A stretch of 64,000 nucleotides of DNA from Balanoglossus misakiensis (Eukaryota; Animalia; Hemichordata): the NCBI GenBank assembly GCA_040954595.2, contig CM082594.2:1258247-1322246 (forward strand), read 5' to 3'. How positions within the stretch are numbered: the stretch's first letter is position 1; each line of letters begins with the position of its first letter. Both the position numbers and the translations under genes were made by a program. The notes under the pieces are model-generated. The model had not been told where the DNA came from and did no database searches. It saw nothing but the letters and a program-made list of their open reading frames with translations. Of this stretch, positions 37,660-51,554 are shown piece by piece.

Positions 37660-38530
37660 TAGCTTTCGTGACTGGTTGTTTAAGAATCCAAAAAACATGA
37701 ATTCTACCCAATGAATTCAACCCTTAGAATTTCACAACTGTAACAGAGTTTGCAGTCATGCACAAAAGTGTGTATCATACACATAAGAAATTTCTCACAT
37801 GTATTTTTATGATGGCAACGCATTTAACTGTAAACAAACATTGACATCAGTCAGTAGCGCTATTTTGTCAGTGAAATGGCTTCATCATCATCCCTCAAAC
37901 CAAAGTTGAAACTGAGTTGCAAATATTGCACAGCTTGAAATCATAAAATGTTGCAAAATTGAACCAACAGTTCGGTCAATGATCAAGTTCTTACAGCTAT
38001 TATTAGAACCAGACAATCTCAGCGAACAAGAGACATGGGCCTTATTTGCAAGTCGAGTTAGAACTGCCTTTGCCTGCCCACGGACGCCCCAGTTTCAGCA
38101 AAAATTATTGCATTAAAATGTGAGTATGGAGAACTATGCTCTGTGTTCCTTTTGTTAGCTTACATAGCTGTTGTCATTCTAGTTTTTCCTCTGTCCTGTG
38201 AACAGAGTTTCAGTTGCGAAAACCGACAGTTCTCAAAGTACAAAAGTACACCTAAATTGCCTCGGTGATGAGCATGCAGAATTTATCTGATGCTTTTTAC
38301 TGGCAGAAGGACCCCACCAGTTGCAGATTGTCAATTCCATGGCACAAGGGAATTTACGCTTTGCGTTCAAATATAAATAATTAAAACCTGTTTAATTTTT
38401 CTATATGTTCTTCAGTGATGATTCAAAAGTATTAAGACTGCTAGTGTGATTAATATTCTATTTTCAAAATGTGTTTCTCTTAATGATTATGAATACATCA
38501 AAATTTATGCTTTAAAATTATATCATTTTA
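37660..38530 (+). repeat. Third copy of an interspersed repeat also found in both arms of the large inverted repeat
   Basis: Direct match to about 54565-55450 and inverted match to about 43550-44400. Confidence 0.85.
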
Positions 38531-39717
38531 CCTGAAATATTGCAAATATTTGGAGGGTTGCATTTAATTTGAAGTTCTCGATCAAAGTTTTAGGCATAAA
38601 AAAGGTGCTACACCCCCGAAAAATTGGTAGCTATGAATTCAATTCAAAGAGTGTTGAAATGTCTGTTTTGCAACAGGGTGCCAGTTCAACAAAGCGCATG
38701 AGGATAGTAAATCACCTTTGTGAATTTTGTGCACCACAGTAAGAATTCCCTAGAAACTGCAGACTAAATTGCAAAGCAATCAGACAAAAATGGCAGAAAT
38801 TGCCAACAAAAAAAAAAACAATATTGTCACTTCCATCACTGGGTTTGTTAAATTGTCATAAAATCACACCTAAGAACATGCAAACCAAATTTTAAAAAAA
38901 ATGTGGGTAGAGGTTTCTGAGTATATGACGACCAAAATCACCCCAAAAATATACTTCAAAAATGAAAAACAAAATCTGTATAAAGTCTCAATAACATAAA
39001 TACACACCAATTTCTAAAGCAATCTGACCAGTACCTTCTTGAGTTTCTGAGTTTAGAACAATTTCACATTGGTCCCAATGGTATATTGACATATACAAAA
39101 TTGGACCTAAAGAGTAAAACACATTTCAAAGATTTTACAATTAAAGCCTCACAAGCTGCCAAATTTTACACATCTTTTTCCACAATAACATTTTTCAAAT
39201 CATCCACCTATCCTTTAAAATCAGCACCATTGAGCCATATTACTTGAATTTGCATGGGGTTTGTCATCTCTCTGCGATGTGTACCCTCCATATGGAGGCT
39301 GATTAAAACAGGTGTGGCGCTCGTTTAATATCTGACTTCTTTAAATTGCAACATACAGGCACATTCATTAGTCAATAAAATGTTCATGTATACCTATCAG
39401 TCAGTTTGTTTAGATGAACAAATCTAAGATGGAAAGTAATATCATGAAAATACTGTAAGATTGGAAACTCTGAGTTTGAGTCTAAGGATAACAAGGGAAC
39501 CTCTCTACTATTTGAAGCACCAAAGCTATGAAAAACTTCCTTCTTTCCCTCAAATATTTTTTATGAATATGTTCTACTCCGTGATTAAAATTTCCCTTTT
39601 ACCAAATGTACATATGTAAGAGACAAGATTTTTTCAGCAAAATTTCAAATGGCCTAGGGTGACTTTTTACCTACTTACCCATATTGGGTAGCATGAAACA
39701 CAGAATGGCATACCAGT

Positions 39718-40900
39718 GGGTTAGAGATACAGCGTTTTATATTAACATGAATTAACATGAAACTAAAAATTTGATGGTTTACTTAGGACTGCCTTGATCC
39801 ATGGTAACCTCATTAAATATGTACATATCTAATTCTAGGCTATCCAGTTGCAGTTGAAACCTGGACATGGACAACTTTGGGGTCAAAATCTTTTGACAAA
39901 ATGTTTGGTGATCTTGGGTAAACTTTGACCTACATTCCTATATCTTGGCATCCGGCACAGATACATTCTTGACACTTGGAGTGATGATACTGCATAATGG
40001 AGTATTATGTCTCAGCTAGTCACAGTGCTTTTGCTGTGTTTTATGTCTTTTATTCAGCCAAATGAGATGTTTTTCATTACACATTGGCTGTGTTTGCCAG
40101 TACTTTTTAGCTGGTCACACTGCCTTAACACAATGTATTCTCAAAATACTCTGCAATCTTTATGAAGCATATACAGCAGACAAAGTTGTGGTAAGACTGA
40201 ACTTGCCCTTCTTTGTGATTAAAGCATGACCGGCCTGTCTTAGGTGGCCCCTACCTAGGGGCTTTACCCGTCATTGGCTCACAGTCTGAGAAATCAGCTC
40301 TGCAGGGAAGTTAACGATGTAACCCACCATTAAAGCTTGGATTTCCGCTTTTTGTATTTGATGCCTGGCTGAGGCCTTCTTAGGATCTACCCAACGCTGA
40401 GTAGGCTATCCCGTCATTGGCACACAGTCTCAGGGAGGGAGTCAAAAGTTCAGTATACCATCAAAGCCTTTATATTGTCCATTCTTTTTAAGAGAAGGCT
40501 GGCTGCTGTAGAAAAATGTTGATCTCAAATTTATCATGTCCAAAAAGCCAGACTTCCAGCCCTATTGGTTAGGCTGGCATTAGGTAAGTACATAATTAAT
40601 GAGGCAAGACATAATACTCAATCAAATAGTTCCATCACTCCAAGTGTCAAGGTTGTATCTGCTCCGGATGCTAAAATATAGGAATGTAGGTCAAAGTTTA
40701 CCCAAGATCACACAAATGTTTGTCAAAAGATTTTGACCCCGAAGTTGTCCATGTCCAGGTTTCTACTTCAGCTGAATAGCCTAGAATTAGATATGCACAT
40801 ATTTAACGAGGTTACCATTGCTCAGGGGGGTCTTAAATTAACCATCAAATTTTAGTTTCATATTAATGCATATTAATATAAAACACTGCATCTCTAACCC
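39718..40900. mobile_element. About 1.18-kb element with about 295-bp TIRs (second copy at 57125-58299)
   Basis: GGGTTAGAGATACAG...GTATTATGTC (39718 to about 40010) is inverted at about 40607-40900. Confidence 0.8.
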
Positions 40901-42448
40901 TACAGGTAAGCCTAGAATTAGGTACATGTACATGCGTAAGTGTTTGACAAGACAGTTAAGCTGTAATATATATACATGAACCTTGACAATTGACTTAAAA
41001 TAACATAAAGGCAGAACTGATACTGATTGGAGATAGATATTACTAATGACAGTGATGTTAATTACACCAGGAATGTTTGTCTTAGTATACGGTAGCTAAC
41101 CGACTGCTTGAGGTTAAGTAATGAAAGTGCCCACTTGCGATTCACCTTCAAATAGCTACTTAGTCTTTGGTACATGTACATTGTTTTTCCACTGATTAGA
41201 CAAAGGATATACATACGTGTAATTAAGGTTGGGTAGCATTTTCAATGTAATAAGCCCTGCCTTCACTATAATCTTACACCAAATCAACACTGTTCAGTAA
41301 TGTGATAGGCTTCAAAGCGACGCTAGTTACATCATAATTCCCAGCAAGGGGTATTAGTTTATTGGGCAAGTGGCATGAGTGAGGCCAGACATTAGTTTTG
41401 GAAGCAAAGCGGACAGAACACTGCCGGGCATAGACTAGGTAGTTCTGAATGTGACCATGGACGTTACCACATTAGACTCTGTATTGTAAGTTTCTGAAGA
41501 ATCGCAAAAAATCATCAACAGTCTACATGTACTTCAACCTTGTGAGAAGTACTGTATAACACACAGGATATACTAGTCACTGTTGGTCAGGTTATTACAC
41601 ACTGTGGTCCCATCTGGGGATTACACAAAATTAGGTATGTCTGTGTTCATGGGAAAAATCATGTGACATTGGCAAGCAGATATGACCTACTGTAAGAACA
41701 TTTCAAAGGAACCAGACAAGTATTTTAGGGAAAACAACATTCAACAATGACAAAAACTGCCTCAAACCACATCTATCCAACGATCAACAAATTGTATAAC
41801 ATCTACTTCAATCACCACGCCTACAAAAGTTGTAAGCAATCTGACTAGTAGTTTCAAAGAATACAAATTGCAAAAATTGCCCCAAGACCACAATATGTAA
41901 ATTTCACCAAAATGATATACAACATTACTTGGGTTACCTCTTGGAACAAGCATACCAAAATTTAAAAGCAATCTAGGAGTTTCTCAGAAAATGAATTTTG
42001 ACCAAAAATGACAGATTACAAATTCTGCGACAATTTAAACAAAACCAACTAAGATCACCTACCGGAAGTGTCATACTAAATTCTAAAGAAATCAGCCAAT
42101 CTCTTTAAGAGGAAAAGATTTTTTTTCAAATGGTAAAACAAGACAAAATAATTGCATAAAAAATAGACAATTCACGATATAAACTCAAAGTATATCAGGT
42201 ATGATGACATTACCTACATGCATACAAATGTTCAAAGCAGTCTAACCAGTTGAGTTTTGATCAATTCCACATATTTCACAGGTTATTTGCGTATTTTTGC
42301 AATGACAACTTCATTTAAGCAAAATCCCATCTACACACCAAATATCAAGGTGATACGCGAAGTGGTTTCATGTTTTGGATCAGGGCAGACATACATCCAT
42401 ATATACATGTAACATGCATACACACATGTACACACACACACAAACACA

Positions 42449-42535
42449 TGCATACATGCATACATACATACATACATACATACATACATACATACATACA
42501 TACATACATACATACATACATACATACATACATAC
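42449..42535. repeat. (CATA)n microsatellite
   Basis: Direct reading. A shorter counterpart lies at about 55558-55589. Confidence 0.95.
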
Positions 42536-42586
42536 AGAGGGAAACGGTCTGGTAATCAATGTTGTGACACTAGCATTAGGCCTTAA

Positions 42587-43026
42587 ACCCCGGTGCGGAA
42601 AGTACTGGGGTTCGGATTAACGTGTGTTTGTACAGTTGTTTATTTGGGAGTGGTCGTCGTGCATAATAACTGTGTAATTGATCTCATGTACATAGAAAAT
42701 AATTGAACACTTTACACCTCTATGCGATTGACAGCTGTTTGAATGGCGTGGTTATTGTTTCCCAGGGATGCTTCTGAAAAGCACTGAAACCAGATTTCTC
42801 CCAAAATCATCGTTGTTTCAAAAGCTCGTGTACTTTTTCATCAATAACTTTATGTTGTGTGTGTTTATAAAGCCAACCACTGTCGTTGTGTGGTGTAATT
42901 CTTTATGCTTGGATCTGTTTGGGCCGATTTTCATAGAGCCAAGGTCGTTGGAGTTGTCTGTTGTCAGTCAAACGGCATTAAGATTCGCCACTGATTTGGG
43001 GGGTCTTTTATACCACGCATCGGGGT
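42587..43026. mobile_element. TTAA-specific MITE (piggyBac-like)
   Basis: TTAA at 42583-42586 and 43027-43030, TIR ACCCCG(G/A)TGCG. A single TTAA occurs at the paralogous empty site 55484-55487. Confidence 0.8.
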
Positions 43027-43084
43027 TTAATAATGTTTACGATATCAGGACAATTTATATCATATGAAGTTTTATGTATTCATA

Positions 43085-43551
43085 ATTATTATACATCTAG
43101 TGCCGAGAACAATAGATTTTGGCGTGCAATAAAAAGCCGTACGGAACGGTACGTACGGAACGCGCGTTAAATAAGTTTTAGGTTTCAAGGCGCCCCCAAC
43201 TCACCGTGTACAGGTATGCGTTGTTATGGTTGTGGACGGTTTCAAGACACCCCCACTCCAACGCACGTGCGCGCACGTAAACAAAAAACAAAGATGGCTG
43301 CTCACTGAGTCAACTGAGCGGTTTTCGATCGATTGTATCGGCATTTTTGGCGTTTTGAAAGCCAAGTAACATGCAACACAAGAACTAACGGAGATGTAAG
43401 ATGTATAATATGAAGGTTATTACAAAAATACCGCAAAGTATGCACTCGGACATTAGCGCAGCGCATCGCCCTCCGCTACGCGTCGGGCGATACTTGGCGC
43501 TAATGTCCTCGTGCATACTTTGCGGTATTTTCGTAATAACCTCATATTATT
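43085..43551 (+). mobile_element. Non-autonomous Crypton-like element with terminal hairpin
   Basis: ATTATT direct repeats (43085-43090 and 43546-43551) and a hairpin at about 43406-43549. Absent from paralogous sites 55427-55432 and 38482-38487. Confidence 0.8.
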
Positions 43552-45767
43552 CAGAGAAGAAAATTTTTAAAAATGTGAAATTGTTATCAATCGGATGTGC
43601 ACTGACAGCATGCTTATATGGAATACAGGTACTCTAACACAATCAGTCATAACACTTTTGAATCATCAATAAATAACATATAGAATAATTTTACAGGATT
43701 TAATTATTTATATTTGAACGCAAAGCGTAAATTCCCTTGTGCCATGGAATTCACAATCTGCAACTGGTGGGGTCCTTCTGCCAGTAAGAAGCATCAGATA
43801 AATTCTGCATGCTCATCACCAAGGCAATTTAGGTGTACTTTTGTACTTTGAGAACTGTCGGTTTTCGCAACTGAAACTCTGCTCACAGGACGGAGGAAAA
43901 ACTAGAATGACAACAGCTATGTAAGCTAACAAAAGAAACACAGAGCATAGTTCTCCATACTCATATTTTAATGCAATAATTTTTGCTGAAATTGGGGCGT
44001 CCGTGGGCAGGCAAAGGCAGTTCTAACTCAACTTGCAAATCAGGCCCATGTCTCTTGTTCCCTGAGACTGTCTGGTTCTAATAATAGCTGTAAGAACATA
44101 ATCGTTGACCAAACGGTTGGTTCAATTTTGCAACATTTTATGATTTCAAGCTGTGCAATATTTGCATGAAGCCATTTCACTGACAAAATAGCACTACTAA
44201 CTGACATCCATATTTGTTTACAGTCAAATGCATTGCCATCAGAAAAATGCATACGAAAAAATTCTTATGTGAATAATACACACTTTCTTGCACAACTGCA
44301 AACTCTGTCACATTTGTGAAATTTTAAGGAAATTCATTCATTGGGTAGCTTTATGAATTCTTAAACAAACTTAGTCATGAAACCTAAATGGTTACCTTAC
44401 ACATCTGGCGGCTCGACTTCTGTGATATGATAGTCTTCAATTAATGTGTATGTGATTCCATACAAATCCATATGATTACCTGAACGTACAAAATAAATTA
44501 AAAATTAAAAATAAATTAAAAATAAATAAGTATCTCATATATATGCATAAGTGCTTGTGATAAATATATCCTGTATTTAAATAAACCTGTCATTTATTGA
44601 CCTCGTTTTCCTATTAACCCAAAGGACTAGATTGCACTGTAATATTATTACAGCTTCATTTCAATGCAACAGGTACACTACATCATATTGGAGCAAATAT
44701 GCCAGCTCAACATTGATATAAAGAGTGTCAAAATATTGGTGGCTACAAAAGCTTGTGTCCCTTCAATCAATCCTCGCACTCAGGTGAAAACGAACGTCAT
44801 TAGTTTTTGGGAAAAAACCTCTGAAATCAATTTCGGTGAGGCCAAATGTGTTCCAAAGGCAAACCGTTTCTGGTAAACAAATCAATGGCAAATAATTACT
44901 TCGGCGACATACCAATCAGTCAACATGGCTGCCTAATCGTTGGATAGGCCGGTTTCATCTCGCGATCATTCTATCTTCCGATATGGCGTTGCATGGTTAA
45001 ATTCGTCTCTTCTTTGCCGACATAGTCGGGCGACAGCGGTCCAGAAGCATAGGCAGCGACGCCATCTTGTTTACAATGTGAAGTATCGACTGCGCATGCT
45101 CAGTAATTTTCCGCGTTTTTTTTTTGCCAACGGCGCGCGCGCGGTGTCTGGTATAGAGAAAATAACATGCAAGTGCGCGATTATTCATTTGTAAAAAATC
45201 AGTTATACATTTGTCATCAACGTTTGAAAACTTTCAATGATCTTACCTCGGTAAGCATTTCAAATAGGTACATTTTTATTTAGAACCATCGTATGTGGAA
45301 AATAATAAAACACAGAGTGGGGATTGGCCCTATGTTTGACTTGATCATACCCAGCTCGGTTTGCGTTTTGTCATTGACGAGGGTGTCAGACTTTTGCTGA
45401 GAGAGTGAGTTTCTATAGCGTAAACGTTTATCGACTGGACTTTCTGTGCGCCAACAATTACATTATTTGTGGCCGGGGAACACGTGCAACTTTTGATGAC
45501 TGTTTTTCTAGCGCCGTGTTTTTATCTTACGACCTAGAATACCTGCTTGCGTCACTATGGTCTGCTCTGCACGTACTATGCTTTCCAGTTTATGTAGCTT
45601 GAAGTTGTACCACATTTTGGTTTCCGAGCTGTAGCGAACATAAAACCGAAACTAATAGCTACGTGTTTACCGCAGCGACTGCGTTTTTTTTTGTTGAGCT
45701 CGCTAAATTCCAAGTATTCCCAACCTACAGTTTATTCTCATGCAGCTCAGACTGAGGTCGCTTCTAA

Positions 45768-47041
45768 GGGAGCCGTCATTATTTATGGCCTGGGGGGGTC
45801 GGAGGAATCAAGGGGGGGGGGGTTACTCAAAAATTGGAAGGCTGCAGGGGGGGGTTCTCAAAAATTGTAGATGAAGAGGGGGGGGTCACTCATTTTTGGG
45901 AAATGTATCAAAGATTTACAACTGAAAGATTTAGTTGTGTGCTGTGCAAGTGCTGCAGCGCTCCGCGACCTCCGGTCGCGGAACACCAGAGTGTCCACAC
46001 TGCACTATCAAAGTATTTTTCCCAAAATTTGCTGATAAAGGATTGGCATGCTTGCCTGGTCATGCATAAAAAACATTTACTCCTTATTATTTTTTAAGAA
46101 ATAAATATTATTATTATTTATTAAAATACTGAAAAATGCATACTACATGTATATTCAAGCAAATGTAAGTTTTTGTTTTCTTTGTCTTTTTTTCTCTGAC
46201 CTCTTTGTCACACGTTTGGTAATCTCTTGAGTCTATGGATAAACACAATATTGCAGAAATAATGTTTTGATAACATAAATAAAATAAAAAATCTCAAAAA
46301 ATGCATTCTAGCACATAAATGATTCTTTGATATAGAATGTTTCATAAAGGTTAAATATAAAACATATAAATACTTTAACAGAATAAACGTAATGATGAAA
46401 CAGACACTGATGATGAAAATGATATTGTTTTGAATGAAATGAACAGCACCAGTGAAAGTGAAAGTGAAGATGACAGTGGTGACGATATAGTACCTGTACA
46501 GTCATTTCCAACAGTTGTTACAAGAGGGGGAAGGACAGCCGGATACCTATATTAGCACATAGAACTGAACTACCTGAACTGTTGTTAATTCACAGAAATA
46601 TATTTTCACCAACAAAGTTTGATAATCATTTTGACTATAAACGATGCCTGTCCAAATTACACAATGCTACTTGATGGTTACTGGTTATGGGTGAGCTTTT
46701 ACGGTAATCATTATTTAGTTGTGACTTTGAGATTGTTTTGTTGTTTCACCCTTTTCAATCCATCATGATGCAACTGATGATCACCTACAATGTAGCAGGG
46801 TGAACCTGGAGTTGAAAGGTCTTTTACTACACTACTGTAATAGTGATTTATACAGATACATGTATTGATATGTAGTTGTTCCGGTTTTAGGGGGGGGGCA
46901 GTCGAAATTTCTATGTTGTAAGGGGGGGGGGGGTTTCTCAAAATCTGCATGCTTGGCAGGGGGGGTTTCTCAAAATTTTGGAGTTTCTAGTGTAATTCCT
47001 CCGACCCCCCCCCCCCCAGGCCGTAAATAATGACGGCTCCC
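45768..47041. mobile_element. PIF/Harbinger-type MITE
   Basis: TIR GGGAGCCGTCATTATTTA(T/C)GGCCTGGGGGG, TAA duplication (45765-45767 and 47042-47044), G/C-run subterminal repeats. Confidence 0.88.
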
Positions 47042-50000
47042 TAAGAGAAAAAACAACAACATATTTTGGCTGCTGCCAGACCAGGAATGGAAAATCTTGA
47101 GTGGCGCTGGGCTGCATTTCTCTGTAGGACTGTAGTTGTATTGTGCAATGGTTCGCCAGCATCGCCTTCAGACTTGTTGTCATAGTCACTGGTGGCGGTT
47201 TGTCCTGCACTACTCGTCGTTCTATTTGATGTGGTGGTATTATTCCCAGATGTCTGTGCCGAGGATCCTGCCCGTTTTCCGATTCTCTTCGTTTTGTCGG
47301 CCATTTGCTTCACTTTTTCTGTCATTGTTGCGACGTCAGTCTCTGTTGTTGTTCGAAGGAGGCGAAAGTCCATTCACCATTAATAGCCGAATTTCCAAGA
47401 TCGTCCGTTAATTACAATGCGACGTCACGCTATCATGTCCTAAGAAAGACTACAGGGCACATTTTTTTTATCTCGTGCGCACGACTTACGTGTGCATGTG
47501 ATATTTTCTCGAAAACACGAGTGCGCTCGCAATTTTCTCGTGCGCACGAGATATGCACGATATAGCATGTTTCTCGTGCACACGAGAAAACATCTCGCTG
47601 GAACAAGATACTATCTCTTGCACAAGAAATAGAATAACTGGAAGCCACTATGATGTCTGCCACAGGCAAATTTAAATATTCCACTCTGGATCTTCTTTCA
47701 GCCCTTCGGAAAACATGAGCATTTATGAAATCCGGCTCTCAATTTTTCGAGAAGTTCCAGCAGTTGTGGTGTCGCCAAAAACGAATGTATGCCATTCCTG
47801 GCGGAAAAAAATATGCAAGAGACGCTTGCAATACACTGCCATCTACCTGACCGCCCTACATGCCTTAATGTACGGTAGAAGGTCGGGCGGTAGGAAGAGT
47901 TCACCAAAAGAGGGCGCATTTTATCATCCATTGATTTATACTGTGTACGAGCAGAGAAGCCTCAGTGTTCGCGGTTAGAACCGTATCGGTAAGACAAAGA
48001 CAGAAGAGTTGACAGACAACAAACTTATTCAGTTTATATCATATAATTCTTACTGTAAAACGTTCCCTGAATAAAGCATTGTGCTCATAAGAACATTGAA
48101 GATTGTCGCATACAGACCGACACCCTTTTATCTATTGTAGGTATTGAATGGAACGCTAAATACCTGTGTATTTCTTATTCATTAAGCAATGATGTAACAC
48201 AACAAGTTTCGGACAGTGTGAAGAAAGGGCCAAAGCACTCTTGCAAGTTAGTGTGGTGTACTCTTTTCCAACACTGCTGCAAGCTGTTCAGCACCTGATG
48301 CTGCTTGTTTCTCCGATGACAAATGGACAGTCTGTGTGCTGTCAAAGTAAATCCATCAATTTTGCGGAGCTGAAAGGAAAATGACAGCTTGTCAAACTCA
48401 AATCTGCCAGACGAAATAGGGAAAGAAATGCATAACAGGTAATCCACCATACTATGAATTTTAGCCAGCATCCTATGAAATGCGGTGAAACGGAACTGCA
48501 ATTAATTTTAAATGAATTCTGCTCAAATTGTTTTCTTAGTTCTCAACATTGGATTGGAACCGTTAAATATAATGTACCGTATAACATTATCATACAGGTT
48601 AGTATGTCAAATATTTTTCCATTTGGCATTTTCTTCTTGAGGTCATTTCAACAGTATGCACACCACAGTTTGTGAGATATGGACAGAAACAAACTGGAAT
48701 CTATACAATGTTATAATAGTATATTATTGTTAACAAGAAAGCGGCAACTCTCTGCCTGGCAGAGAATAATGATAGTCTTTTTGAAAAAAAAAGGGCGTGC
48801 TGAGGATATGGTCAGTCAAAAACATACATGTATAAGGTATGCCTGAACTAATTTTTAACATGGTGTACATAAATATTTATGCATTGTCACAATGACTGGA
48901 GGTCTTTAAATGACCAAGCTGTATGGACACCTCATTCAATGTTACATATATTTGTTATTACATGTTTTATTGAAATTGCCAGTTGTCTGTTTTAATTCTG
49001 GCAGTTCTGCTGTGTCTTTTGTCTTGCCCTGACAGAATGCAGTAATATTTGCAGTACAAGAGGAGTGTCAGTAAATAGTGGAGCAATATCTTTCTACGAA
49101 TGTACTCATGCATTGCTCCGAAGTGAAGTACATTCGCAAAACCAGTTTGGGAAATCGGGACTCTTTTCAAGATAATACCACATTTTTGTGGATGTCACAT
49201 GACATGGAAACACTCTAGAATCACGATTGAGATAAGGTTTCGGTTTGATATACCACTTCCTTGTTATTTCAATCTGTATGTTTTCTTAACCCCCTCCCTC
49301 GAAAAAAGGTAATTGAGGTAATTGTAAAATTACCTGAAAACAAACAGGCTACTCTAGCCTCCATTTTATGAGGTTTGTGATGTAACATATTTTGAATTTC
49401 GTGAATCAATCAAAAGTTTCCGTGCACCAACTATCAAAACTACACCAAAAAATAATTTGGGCAATTCATAAGGAGAATCTAGTGGGTCAGCGGCTATAGA
49501 ACTGACGTAAGTGTAAGTATCAGAGGATTGTGGGTACGAGGCTGAGAAGAGCAAAACTCGAACACTCATGAAATCTACACGTGACGCCAAATTCTTTGTA
49601 ATATGAACAGTGGAAAACTGCCATGCCATCCCTCTAAGTGCAAACTTCCAAAGATTTCAATCTGGTGATATTTAAAAAAAATATTTTATTCAAATTCATG
49701 TGGTGATATTTTAAAAAAAATATTTTATTCAAATTCATGTTATAAATTAAACTTGCATCTATGATATAGAAATGACTCTGTCTTATATAACAAAAATACA
49801 AATAACTTGGTTAGATGACCAAAGATTTCCCATCTCGAAAAGTTTCTACCAAAATGACTAACTCCAAATCTGCTAAGAGAGCCCTAGCAAATTTAATCAC
49901 TGCACATTACTCTCGATAAAACGAAATATTGCGCATTCATTTTGTCCTTGAATTGAAATGCATGGCCAGTGTTCATAGACTTCACACACACAGGATGTTT

Positions 50001-50121
50001 AAGGAGTTGAATTGTTATTGACAGCGACCAGGTCGGTAGATTCTATAGGATGAAGAAAAAATGAAAAGACAGTCAGTACATAGCTAAATTCTCCTATACA
50101 AGGGCGTCTTCAATTGGTACA

Positions 50122-50172
50122 GTGACTGACTGACTGACTGAATGAATGAATGAATGAATGAATGAATGAATG
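50122..50172. repeat. (TGAC)n(TGAA)n microsatellite
   Basis: Direct reading. Confidence 0.9.
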
Positions 50173-51059
50173 ATGAACGGATGAGTCGTAATAATATGCT
50201 TCAATCATAGGGGCTTTGAAAATTATTTAAAAAAAAAAATAATGTACTCACAACCGACATTTATACAACAGACAGCTCAAGAAACTCCTCCATGTGTACA
50301 ATACTTAGCCAATTTAGTGACAACATCAGCTTGCAGAGCACGTGAGCACCGCTTTCGCCAGCCTGTGGTGCCCGCATATCTTTTTTGTTCAGCAGTAACA
50401 TGCACGACACATGCAGAGACACAAACGTCCATGTTGCAAATTGTAGATGAAAGCATCAGCTGCGCTGGTTTTATGGTCAGCATCACTGGCTGTTACATGA
50501 AAACTGTTTGTCACATACCTTAACCAACATATACGTGTATCTGTATGGAAAGAAAGTAGGCTCACCCCCGGTACAGTATTATTTTTTTTGCATGCACGCA
50601 ATGGCCTGAATTTGCTAAACTGGGATCATCTGCGCGCATTTCAAAACGTGCTCGTTGCTTAACTTCGCGTGCTTTACTACTCACAATTATTCCACTTGTG
50701 AACGAACACGTCACCCAATTTTACAGTGTAGCCATGTGGAAAACTGGTGACAAGGTAATGTTTCATTCGAAGATCAACCTACGTTCAGAAAGTTTGCATT
50801 GTGGTGAATTCTCACTGCTCTCGCAATGCGGTCTGTGGCTCACTGCCGCAGACCGCATTACACGTAGAAATAAATTCTGTACGTCACAGTTCGTAGGTCG
50901 CATAGGTCATGGAGTTAATCCATTATACATTGCGGCTTAAAATTTCTCGTGACCCTCTTATCATGCAGCTTGTGTGTTACTGACCACTGACGCATGTCAA
51001 AACACTCAATATTTTTTTTAAATTTGCAAAATCTTTCATTTTAAAGTCGTGATACTCAC

Positions 51060-51210
51060 TGCAGATAGCATTCTTTTCAGTAGGAACTATTTCTGCTGCC
51101 ATTTCAATATTGTCTGTATTCCATGTAAATATATTTCCTCCAATTGAACAGTCCCCCGCCACAGCTGCAACCTCTTCTGCAGTCAGAACTTTTGACCACA
51201 TGTATGTCAT
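51060..51210 (-). pseudogene. Pentraxin/LamG-like domain C-terminal exon fragment
   Basis: YMWSKVLTAEEVAAVAGDCSIGGNIFTW resembles the pentraxin C-terminal pattern (MW..VL...EI....C...GN...W). It ends at a GTGAGT donor (51059). Its upstream part is replaced by repeat DNA. Confidence 0.65.
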
Positions 51211-51554
51211 TTAGTCAAGACAATTTGGGAGAACTGTAGTTTAAAGCCTCCAAAGCTGCCACTTTTTGCATTATTTTCATGATTTTATTTTCCAACTTAA
51301 ATTGGTTCATCAAAATAAGCTTACTGATTGGTATACATAAACATCTTATCGATGCCCGATTGTGACTGCATGTTGCAATTGGAACATGCTATGTATTAAA
51401 ACGGTGCCTCACCGATTTAATCAGCCTTCATACAAACAATAGCAGCTAAGCAGCTATCGTGAAATGCGACGCCAAGTGATGACAAACCAATGCAAATGCA
51501 AGTAATATGGCTTACAACACTACATGTGACCAGACTCTTTGTTCTCTTGGGACA

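Larger units (their letters stand above)
39355..45108 (+). repeat. Left arm of large inverted duplication
   Basis: Colinear reverse complement of 53642-58723, apart from insertions at 42587-43026 and 43085-43551. Confidence 0.88.

Noticed and set aside
42331-42620. MYVC/HTYI repeat ORFs
   Set aside because: Translations of the (CATA)n microsatellite.
49662-49740. About 38-bp tandem duplication (a similar case lies at 37340-37395)
   Set aside because: Ordinary local duplication with no further structure.
50430-50519. LDL-receptor class A-like reading CDKQFSCNSQ
   Set aside because: Several stops within 20 codons and no acidic DxSDE motif.
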